From positions 1-54,042 of the forward strand of contig JAAEUB010000174.1 of NCBI GenBank assembly GCA_024227755.1: 54,042 bases of DNA. Direction: 5' to 3'. A program made the position numbers and the translations under genes. Below, in pieces: positions 46,677 through 54,042 of this stretch (position 1 is the stretch's first letter; every line of letters starts with the position of its first letter). The notes under the pieces are model-generated. The model ran no database searches and was not told where the DNA came from. It saw nothing but the letters and a program-made list of their open reading frames with translations. This stretch comes from Paracoccaceae bacterium. Its GTDB lineage: Bacteria; Pseudomonadota; Alphaproteobacteria; Rhodobacterales; Rhodobacteraceae.

Positions 46677-49010
46677 CTATTCTTCTGCCGCAGCCTTTTT
46701 AGCAGTCATTGCCGCCAAGACTTTCTCCGGTGTCAGCGGCAGATGATGAATGCGGGTTCCGATCGCATCCGCCACGGCATTGACGATCGAGGCGGCGACC
46801 GGGGCAAACACCGGCTCGCCAATCCCCTTGGAGCCAAATGGGCCAAGGCCCGAGCGGCTTTCAAGTACGATGGACTGGATGTCGGGCACATCTTCCGAGG
46901 TGGGGATCAGATATTCGCTGAAAGACCCGTTCGTCAGTACACCTTTTTCCAAAATCAGCTCTTCACTCAGGGCAAAGCCTTGCCCCATCAGCGCGCTGCC
47001 TTCGATCTGCCCTTCAACTGCGCGCAGGTTAATCGCCTGACCCACATCGTGGGCCCCGACGCTTTTGATCACGGTGACTTCACCGGTATCGACATCGACC
47101 GACACACTGGCGGCATGGGCGCCATAAGTGAAATCGGGGAACACTTCGCCCTGTCCGGTTTCAGGATCAAGACCTTCGCTGGGAGGCGCGCGGTAGATCT
47201 CAAGCGAATGGCGGTGCACGCCAAGCGAGGCGCAGTGTTTAACCATATCCTTAATCGACATCGAGCGTCCCGGATCGTCGATCACGAAGACTTTTGATTC
47301 GCCCAAATCCAGCTCGCCGGGGGATACATCGAAATGCTTCGCCATGCATTGCAGCAGGTTGTTGCGAACATTTTTGGCTGCCAACTCGGTTGCCTTGCCG
47401 GTCATGTACAAAGCGCGGCTGGCGGTCGAGGTTCCACCCAGCGGATTCATATGCCCGTCGCCGAAATATACCGTGACCTCACTCATTGGTATACCAAGAA
47501 CCTCTCCGGCGATCTGCGCCAGCGCCGACATCTGGCCAGCACCGATATCAGTGACAGAACAGCGGACAATCGCAGTGCCGTCCACTTCGAGGCCAACCCA
47601 GCTTTCAGATGTATCCTTCATCCAGCGGATACGGCCATAGCTTTGCTGATAACAGGCCAGCCCGTGACCATAGAGAAGGGTGTCGGTATTGTCCGGGCGC
47701 TCGCCAAGCGCGTCCAGTGCTTGTGTGGCGCATTGATCAGACCAGACGGCGCTGCGGATGATCTGGCCCGTGGTATTCGGATCGCCCGTCTTGATAAAGT
47801 TCTGCCGGCGCAGTTCCAAGGAATCCATGCCTATCAGTTTGGCAAGCTCTTCCATCTGCGCTTCGCACGCGGTGTTTGCCTGCATCGTGCCAAAACCGCG
47901 ATAGGCGCAGGTCGGCAGGTTGTTGGTGGCCGCCGAGGTACTGTCCACCCACAGGTTGTCGACACGGTAGGGGCCGGTCGCTCCAACAGTGGCATAAAGC
48001 AGAATATAGGGGCTCAGCTTGGCATAGGCGCCAGCATCCGATGTGACCGTAATCTTCATCGCGGTGATCTTGCCGCTTTTTGATATCCCGGTTTTGTGGG
48101 TGAAGGTAAACGGATGGCGGGGCCCGTGCGAAATGAACGAGTTTTCGCGGGTCTGGACCAGTTTCACCGGTCGTTGCGTCGCCATGGCCAAAAGAGCCAG
48201 CCAGACTTCGATTGTCATGACCTCTTTGCCGCCAAAACCACCGCCCACATAGGGCGCCTGCAAATGAACCTTGTTGTGGGGCATACCAAGGGCATCGGCC
48301 ACAGCGCGGAAGTGTTCGACCACTTGCGTAGACGAGCGGATATTGAGGATATCGTGTTCGTCAATCCAGGCCACAGCAGCCTCGGGCTCCAGAAATGCCT
48401 GTTCCTGGTATTGTGAGGAAAAGGTGTTTTCCAGAACGTAATCGGCCTCGGCAAACCCCTTGTCGATATCGCCTTTGCGTATCTTGTATGCGGCTACGAT
48501 ATTGTCGTCGCCATAGACATTGGCAGCATCGGGCTCCTGCGCCTCAAAAGCATCAAAGACGCCCTCGGTATCCTCGTAATCCACCACAATCAGTTCCAGA
48601 GCCTGCTGGGCCAGCTCGTAGCTTTCAGCCGCGACCAGTGCGATTGGCTCTCCGTGAAACCGCACGCGGTCCCCGGCGAGGATCGGTTGTTTTGTGTCCT
48701 TTGTGCCGCCTCCGACCTGACCGGGAAGGTCGGTCATGACGGCATTGTTGGCGGGCAGGTCTTGCGACGTCAGCACGGCGTGAACACCGCCCAGCGCCTT
48801 AGCGGCTAAGGTGTCAATTCCGCGGATATTGGCACAGGCCCGGTCCGAGTGCAGAACCTTGGCGTAAAGCATGCCGTCCATGTGGAAATCACCAGCATAA
48901 ACCGCCCGGCCATATACCTTGGTTGGGGCATCATTGCGCGGCTTGTTCTTGCCGACCTGACGCAGGTTCTCGTTGACGATGGCGTGCGGGGATGTGTCAA
49001 TCTCAGTCAT
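46677..49010 (-). CDS. Molybdopterin-binding large subunit of a xanthine-dehydrogenase-family hydroxylase
   Basis: 777 aa. CAYRGFGTMQ, GGGFGGKE, and a C-terminal GIGEPV...P loop. Confidence 0.9.
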   Translation of the reverse strand: MTEIDTSPHAIVNENLRQVGKNKPRNDAPTKVYGRAVYAGDFHMDGMLYAKVLHSDRACANIRGIDTLAAKALGGVHAVLTSQDLPANNAVMTDLPGQVGGGTKDTKQPILAGDRVRFHGEPIALVAAESYELAQQALELIVVDYEDTEGVFDAFEAQEPDAANVYGDDNIVAAYKIRKGDIDKGFAEADYVLENTFSSQYQEQAFLEPEAAVAWIDEHDILNIRSSTQVVEHFRAVADALGMPHNKVHLQAPYVGGGFGGKEVMTIEVWLALLAMATQRPVKLVQTRENSFISHGPRHPFTFTHKTGISKSGKITAMKITVTSDAGAYAKLSPYILLYATVGATGPYRVDNLWVDSTSAATNNLPTCAYRGFGTMQANTACEAQMEELAKLIGMDSLELRRQNFIKTGDPNTTGQIIRSAVWSDQCATQALDALGERPDNTDTLLYGHGLACYQQSYGRIRWMKDTSESWVGLEVDGTAIVRCSVTDIGAGQMSALAQIAGEVLGIPMSEVTVYFGDGHMNPLGGTSTASRALYMTGKATELAAKNVRNNLLQCMAKHFDVSPGELDLGESKVFVIDDPGRSMSIKDMVKHCASLGVHRHSLEIYRAPPSEGLDPETGQGEVFPDFTYGAHAASVSVDVDTGEVTVIKSVGAHDVGQAINLRAVEGQIEGSALMGQGFALSEELILEKGVLTNGSFSEYLIPTSEDVPDIQSIVLESRSGLGPFGSKGIGEPVFAPVAASIVNAVADAIGTRIHHLPLTPEKVLAAMTAKKAAAEE

Positions 49011-49495
49011 ACCTCTTCGCGCTCCTCGCGCATGTTCCGGGCAGCAAGCTGAACCGCCTCAAAAATCCTTGTATATCCGGTGCAACGGCACAGATTTCCG
49101 CTCAGACCCCGTTTAATCTCGGCCAGGCTAGGATTTGGGTTGTCATTCAGGAGAGCTCGCGCAGCGGTGATCATTCCGGGCGTGCAATAACCGCATTGCG
49201 CCCCACCGGTTTCGATAAAGGCCAATTGCAGCGGATCGGGTTTTTCAGGAGTACCCAGCCCCTTGATCGTGGTCACCTCACAGCCCTCGGCATGCCAGGC
49301 CAGCGTCAGGCAGCTGTCAACGGGTCGGTCATCCATCATGACCGCACAGGCACCGCAATCACCTTTCTCGCAGCCGCATTTTATCTCGACAAACCCTTCA
49401 TGGCGCAGAGCCTCCAAGAGGGTACGATGGGCGGGGGCGATGATTTTGACCTCTTTACCATTGACGTGAAGGGTCACGATTTTTTCTTGTATCAT
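49007..49495 (-). CDS. (2Fe-2S)-binding small subunit of the Mo hydroxylase
   Basis: CGCEKGDCGACAV and GAQCGYCTPGM...LSGNLCRCTGY. 162 aa. Confidence 0.93.
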   Translation of the reverse strand: MIQEKIVTLHVNGKEVKIIAPAHRTLLEALRHEGFVEIKCGCEKGDCGACAVMMDDRPVDSCLTLAWHAEGCEVTTIKGLGTPEKPDPLQLAFIETGGAQCGYCTPGMITAARALLNDNPNPSLAEIKRGLSGNLCRCTGYTRIFEAVQLAARNMREEREEV

Positions 49496-49510
49496 GTTTT
49501 CATTCCTTCG

Positions 49511-50374
49511 CTAAACGCTGCTGGCTTGATGCCAGGCCTGGGTCAGCTGGCGGCGCACCAGAGCCTGGGCGGTTTGCAGCCGGTAAGCGGCTGAGGCGCG
49601 GCTGTCGTCAATCGGGCTACATTGATCGGCTGCGGCTTTCGCAGCCTTTTCGATAAGCTCTGCGGTAAGGGCCCGCCCGCGCAGCATATCCTCGGCTTGC
49701 GAAGCGCGGAAAACTGTCGGCGCGACCGAGCCGAGTGCTATGCGCACTTTGCTACATTTCCCGTCATTCGCTGCCATCATGACGGATACCCCGGTGACGG
49801 TAATGGCGTCACCCTTCCGCCGGGCAAGTTTGAAGAAAAGATGCGAGGCACTCTGACGGAGGGGTTTCCATGAGACCGCCGTCAGTAACTCGCCGGGCTT
49901 TAAAACTGACTTTTTGTAGTCGGCGTAAAAGGCGCTTAGGGGAATTTTGCGTTTGCCCTCGGAATTGCTCAGCGTCACCTCGGCCCCTAATGTCAGCAAT
50001 GCCGGGACCATATCGGCCGAGGGCGAACCGCAGCATATATTACCACCAATTGTTGCCACACTACGAACCATGGCGCCGGCAAAAACGTCAGCCGCCGCCG
50101 CCAGTGCGGGCGCGGCGATGGCCATTTCCGGGTCCTTCGCGATATCTGCGATAGTAGTGCATGCGCCCAATGTCGTGCCCTCGTCGTCGTGGCCGATAAA
50201 GCGAAGCTCCTCCAGCCCTGCGAGGCTGATAAAGCGGCGGCATTTCTCGCGCCCACCACGTAAGTCCGGCACCAGAATGGTTCCTCCGGCATAGGGTTGC
50301 CCGTCACCCGCCGCGAGAGCGCTCAGTGCCTCGGGCAAGGTGGTCGGCTGGGACAATTCAAAAGGGGGTAACAT
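49511..50374 (-). CDS. FAD-binding medium subunit of the Mo hydroxylase
   Basis: 287 aa. GGTILVPDLR..., ATIGGNICCGSPSADM... (CoxM/XdhB-type FAD-binding domain). Confidence 0.88.
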   Translation of the reverse strand: MLPPFELSQPTTLPEALSALAAGDGQPYAGGTILVPDLRGGREKCRRFISLAGLEELRFIGHDDEGTTLGACTTIADIAKDPEMAIAAPALAAAADVFAGAMVRSVATIGGNICCGSPSADMVPALLTLGAEVTLSNSEGKRKIPLSAFYADYKKSVLKPGELLTAVSWKPLRQSASHLFFKLARRKGDAITVTGVSVMMAANDGKCSKVRIALGSVAPTVFRASQAEDMLRGRALTAELIEKAAKAAADQCSPIDDSRASAAYRLQTAQALVRRQLTQAWHQASSV

Positions 50375-50406
50375 TGCGTTTTCCTCTGTTGGCGGACCGG
50401 CAGGAC

Positions 50407-51189
50407 CTAAGCGGTCCAGCCACCGTCGATAGGCATTTCCTGACCGCTTATGTTCTCGGATGCGTCACTGGCCAGAAAGACCACCGCGTCTGCGATATGC
50501 TGTGGCGTGGTCACCCGCTTTATCGGCATTTCCGCAAGATATTCGGCGTATTCCTCGTCAAAAGTTGTGCCTTTGGTATTGGCCTTTTCCTGACAAAGCT
50601 TGTGCATCCGTGGCGTTTCAACGATCCCCGGCATGATGGCGTTAACGTTGATATTGTGTTCGCCACAATCAATCGCGGCCGAGCGCGTCAACCCGCGGAC
50701 CGACCATTTTGATGCGCTGTACCCGGCACGGTAGCGGTATCCGCGCAGGCCCGAGCCGCCACCGATTGTGACGATCTTGCCATAGTGCTTGTCGATCATC
50801 GCCGGGATGACGTGTTTCATCGGCAAAAATACTCCGATCACATTCTTGCGCAACAGGTCGGAAAAATCTTGCTGTCCGATTTCCCAGACTGGCGTTTCTA
50901 TCGGCCCGGTTGCACCCATGGCATTGACCAGAATGTCTATGCGACCGTCAAAGAACTCTTTGGCCTTTGCCACCATCGCGATGACCTGCTCTTCGTCAGT
51001 GGTATCGGCAGCGATTGCCAGGGCACGGCGGCCTGTGGCACGAATTTTCTCGGCCAGTTCCTCGATCGGTCCCGGCGAGCGGGCGACCAAAACAAGGTCA
51101 GCGCCCTCGCTGGCCATGGTTTCGGTGATTGTACTGCCCATGCCCTGAGCCGCACCGGTAATTATTGCGTTTTTACCGTCCAATCTCAT
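50407..51189 (-). CDS. Short-chain dehydrogenase/reductase (SDR)
   Basis: ITGAAQGMGS cofactor motif and YSASK catalytic motif. 260 aa. Confidence 0.9.
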   Translation of the reverse strand: MRLDGKNAIITGAAQGMGSTITETMASEGADLVLVARSPGPIEELAEKIRATGRRALAIAADTTDEEQVIAMVAKAKEFFDGRIDILVNAMGATGPIETPVWEIGQQDFSDLLRKNVIGVFLPMKHVIPAMIDKHYGKIVTIGGGSGLRGYRYRAGYSASKWSVRGLTRSAAIDCGEHNINVNAIMPGIVETPRMHKLCQEKANTKGTTFDEEYAEYLAEMPIKRVTTPQHIADAVVFLASDASENISGQEMPIDGGWTA

Positions 51190-51219
51190 CTTGCTTCCTC
51201 CCTCTTTTGTTTGATCGTG

Positions 51220-52821
51220 CTAGCTGGCGGGGCGTCCATAGCCGCCACCTCCGCTGGTTTTCATAATTACCCTGTCACCCTCTTTCAGGCTGACATGGGT
51301 CTTTCCGGCAAGCTGGCTAACCTCACCCGAAGCCCTCTTCAGAGTAATTTCAAACGTTTTACCCGGCTCACCGCCGACAAGGCCGTAAGGCGGGATAATA
51401 CAGCGCTCGACGATGGTCGTCATAACCACCTCGGGGCCGTTGATCAGATAGGTGCGCACCTGCCCGTCGCCGCCGTTGTGAAGCCCCGTGCCTCCGGAAC
51501 CACGGCGCAAAGCCTGCTGTTCAATGAGTATCGGATAATTGGCTTCGATCACCTCGGCCGGCGTGTTCATCACATTCGACATATGCGGACGCACAGCGCA
51601 CATGCCATCACGGTCATGGCGCGCGCCTTCGCCGCCGCCATGGACCTCGTAAAGCGTGGTCCACTTGCCGGTACGCGGATCACGCCCGCTGAACAAGAGC
51701 AGGCCGGAAGTAGTCGAGCCGCCAGCAGTCAGACGCTCGGGTGTGACTTTCTCGAACGCTTTAAAAATCGCGTCAACAATCCTTTGCGAGGTATCGTGGT
51801 TACCGGCAACCACGGGTTTGTCCCAAGGTGGCTGCAAGAGCGAGCCCTGGCGGGTGATGATCGTGACCGGCCGCGCGCATCCTGCATTGGGCTGGATTTC
51901 CGGGCCAGCGATGACTTTCATCGCATAAAACACGCTGGCCGATGTGGTAAAGGGCGTCGCGTTCAGCGGCCCGGCACAGGCGTCATCGGTTTTCGAGAAG
52001 TCAAACATCGCTTTGTCATCACGGATTTCAATGCGGACCCGTACAGCGATGGGGTCGCGGCCGGGGCCATCATTGTCCAGCCAGTCCTCGCCTTCGTAAA
52101 CGCCGTCGGGAATGGTGCGGATGGCGGCACGCATTTCCGCCTCGGACTGGTCATGCAGGTTTGTGACCGCCGCCTGTACGGTCGCAGCATCGAAGCGCGA
52201 GAATAACTCCTGTAGCCGCTCATCGGCGGCATAGGTCGCCGCCATCTGGGCCAGAATATCGCCCTCGCGTTCTTCAGCTCCGCGCACGTTGCACAGGATC
52301 ACATCGAGCTTTTCGCGGTCCGCCCCTTCGCTGGTAAAAACCCGAAGCGGTGGAATACGCAGGCCTTCCTGCCAACAGTCGCGGGCATCGGGTACATAGC
52401 TACCCGGGCGTGCGCCGCCAATGTCTGCCCAGTGGGCCAGCGCCACCGCATATGCCTGAATCTCGCCTTCGCTAAAAATTGGCCGGATCGCTTTAACATC
52501 CGGTAGGTGGTTACCACCCGCCTCGGGCAGGTTCATGAACCAGACATCGCCGGGCCTGAGCTGAGCTACTGGGATACGCTCTAGAAACGCCTGCACTGTC
52601 GAACTCATGACCCCGAGATGCGCCGGGATATCGCGCCCCTGTGCAATCAGATTTCCAGATGCATCGGTCAGCGCAGATGACAGGTCGCCCGCCTCACGCA
52701 GCAAAGGCGAACGCGCCGAGCGCATAACAATCAGGGACATTTCCTCGGCAATCGCGGTCAGCGCGTTGCGGATGACCTCGACGGTGAAGGGATCAGGCGT
52801 CGTGGTTGGTTTTAGGCTCAT
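51220..52821 (-). CDS. Hydantoinase B / oxoprolinase family protein
   Basis: 533 aa. DPFTVEVIRNALTAIAEEM...RSARSPLLREAGDLSSAL.... ATGA overlap with the upstream A subunit. Confidence 0.9.
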   Translation of the reverse strand: MSLKPTTTPDPFTVEVIRNALTAIAEEMSLIVMRSARSPLLREAGDLSSALTDASGNLIAQGRDIPAHLGVMSSTVQAFLERIPVAQLRPGDVWFMNLPEAGGNHLPDVKAIRPIFSEGEIQAYAVALAHWADIGGARPGSYVPDARDCWQEGLRIPPLRVFTSEGADREKLDVILCNVRGAEEREGDILAQMAATYAADERLQELFSRFDAATVQAAVTNLHDQSEAEMRAAIRTIPDGVYEGEDWLDNDGPGRDPIAVRVRIEIRDDKAMFDFSKTDDACAGPLNATPFTTSASVFYAMKVIAGPEIQPNAGCARPVTIITRQGSLLQPPWDKPVVAGNHDTSQRIVDAIFKAFEKVTPERLTAGGSTTSGLLLFSGRDPRTGKWTTLYEVHGGGEGARHDRDGMCAVRPHMSNVMNTPAEVIEANYPILIEQQALRRGSGGTGLHNGGDGQVRTYLINGPEVVMTTIVERCIIPPYGLVGGEPGKTFEITLKRASGEVSQLAGKTHVSLKEGDRVIMKTSGGGGYGRPAS

Positions 52822-54042
52822 GACGCCACCCCGGTATCAATGATCAAATGCCCGGACGGATCAAGCTGGGCTGTTGCGCCTGGAGGTACGACAATGGTTG
52901 ACCAATTGTCTTCGATAATCGCCGGACCCTCGACGTCCCAACCAACCGGCAGCGCCCCGCGTTCAAAACGCCGGGTTGAAACCGGGCCACCTGTGTCAAA
53001 CCAGCATTCGTCAACCGATATCGGCGTTGTCGTTTCCTGCATGGCTTCTTCATGCAAATCATCGATATCGCTTTGCGAAGGTGCAGTCACGGTAACCCGC
53101 AGGGCTTCGAATTGCCACGGCTCATCGGTGGCGAACCCGTATAGTTTATGGTGCTGGTCACGGAAATCCCGGCCAAGGGTTTCCCGTTTGCAGGGCAGTT
53201 CAAACGGCACCTCAACCGTGTCGCTTTGTCCGGCATAGCGGATCAGGGCGATGAAGCTGGCATCGATTTTTTCTGCACTGTTCCCCGCGGCCAGAACCGG
53301 CGCGCTGAGACGATCCTTTATAGATTGGCAAATTGCGTCGATCTTCTGCTGATCCCATTCGAGGCTCAACATGCGAATGGTGTGCTGTTCGGCATAACTA
53401 AGCTCGGCGGTCAGGCAGCCAAGGGCGGAAAACACACTGGAGAATTTGGGCACAACCACTTTGGCAATACCAAATTCCTGCGCCAGCGCCACAGCGTGCA
53501 TCGGTCCGGCGCCGCCAAATGCGATCAACGAACAACCACGGGCATCGACGCCGCGTTCAACGGTCACCCGGCGCAGGGCGCGGGCCATCGAGGCGTTGGT
53601 GATCCGGTAAACACCTATTGCAGTTTCATGGATGGGTGTTTCAAGTGCCTTGCTCAGAGTTCTGACGGCGGCCTCGGCCTTGTCCCGGTCCAGACGCAGG
53701 ACACCGCCAAGCAAGCGCTCTGTGCTTAGGAACCCTAGGGTCATGTTGGCGTCGGTCACTGTTGGCTGCATCCCGCCCAGACCATAGCAGGCTGGTCCCG
53801 GCTCGGCCCCCGAACTGTCGGGACCAACCCGAACAGCAGACCCTTCGGCGCGGGCGATCGAGCCGCCGCCGGCTCCGATGCTTTCCACAGCCGTCATCAG
53901 CTGGCGCACCGGTAGCCCGGCTAGGCGCTGATCCGAGCTGACCTGAACCTTACCGTCAATGACCACGCAAGTGTCGGTGGTCGTGCCGCCCATATCGAAG
54001 CCAATGGTGTTGCCAAGGTCCAACTCCCGGGCAATTTTACCC
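52818..54042 (-). CDS. Hydantoinase A / oxoprolinase family protein (N-terminus lies outside the window)
   Basis: The frame stays open to the window edge (…GKIARELDLGNTIGFDMGGTTTD...). The DMGGTT motif normally sits ~300 aa into these proteins, so this is partial. Confidence 0.88.
   Translation of the reverse strand, partial: GKIARELDLGNTIGFDMGGTTTDTCVVIDGKVQVSSDQRLAGLPVRQLMTAVESIGAGGGSIARAEGSAVRVGPDSSGAEPGPACYGLGGMQPTVTDANMTLGFLSTERLLGGVLRLDRDKAEAAVRTLSKALETPIHETAIGVYRITNASMARALRRVTVERGVDARGCSLIAFGGAGPMHAVALAQEFGIAKVVVPKFSSVFSALGCLTAELSYAEQHTIRMLSLEWDQQKIDAICQSIKDRLSAPVLAAGNSAEKIDASFIALIRYAGQSDTVEVPFELPCKRETLGRDFRDQHHKLYGFATDEPWQFEALRVTVTAPSQSDIDDLHEEAMQETTTPISVDECWFDTGGPVSTRRFERGALPVGWDVEGPAIIEDNWSTIVVPPGATAQLDPSGHLIIDTGVAS

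Noticed and set aside
46677-50374. Calling the three-subunit Mo enzyme an aerobic carbon-monoxide dehydrogenase (CoxLSM).
   Set aside because: The large subunit has the generic xanthine-dehydrogenase-family motif AYRGFG rather than the form-I CODH active-site loop (AYxCSFR), and no cox accessory genes are nearby. Only the family-level call is kept.
50785-52206. Long ORFs antisense to confident genes. This 473-aa one is an example; others are 1697-2647, 12937-13749, 31459-32412, 34641-35609, 34913-35566 and 45574-46479.
   Set aside because: These are typical shadow ORFs of GC-rich DNA. Their composition is Arg/Gly/Pro/His-rich and low in complexity, they have no motifs, and each lies fully inside a strongly supported gene on the other strand.

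Overview
This is a roughly 54 kb chromosomal window from a GC-rich alphaproteobacterium; gene content and synteny look Rhodobacterales/roseobacter-like, which is an inference. From left to right it holds:

- **1-1.6 kb:** an orphan 3' half of a tRNA-Met-like gene with its own terminator, followed by an intact IS3-family (IS407-group) insertion sequence.
- **1.8-13.8 kb:** the replication-initiation neighbourhood: gyrB, a VOC-fold gene, recF, dnaN, dnaA, a rhodanese gene, rpsT, an enoyl-CoA hydratase gene, mutM, ubiE and ubiB.
- **13.9-27.5 kb:** a partial flagellar regulon: flgD, fliK, a rod-binding protein gene, an flgN-like gene, flagellin, flaF, flbT, a DUF1217 gene, fliI, flgBC, fliE, fliQ, flgFG, flgA, flgH and fliL.
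- **27.6-31 kb:** def, a def-like paralog, fmt and a PatB/MalY-type lyase gene.
- **31-32.9 kb:** a secreted TPR protein and a small basic protein.
- **32.9-39.4 kb:** a cobalamin ring-synthesis operon: cbiX(long), cobH, cobL, cobI, a cbiG-cobJ fusion and cobM.
- **39.8-54 kb:** a catabolic block. It holds an amidase, a SAM methyltransferase and a ThDP enzyme. A tightly packed minus-strand operon follows: hydantoinase A/B, an SDR, a three-subunit molybdenum hydroxylase and a DMGDH/sarcosine-dehydrogenase-like flavoprotein.

I see no CRISPR array, prophage or recognisable defence system.

The observations most worth follow-up are:

- a ~57-nt conserved hairpin-forming element shared by the leaders of two flagellar operons, with partial echoes before two others;
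- a def paralog that has lost the metal-binding Cys and the catalytic Glu;
- a 55-aa HupE-N-terminus-like His-rich mini-protein heading the cbiX operon, behind a long leader with no canonical B12 riboswitch;
- the unassigned hydantoinase / Mo-hydroxylase / DMGDH-like operon;
- the tRNA-fragment-plus-IS junction, which may mark an island boundary just outside the window.

All family calls come from reading the supplied translations and motifs by eye. No database search was run.
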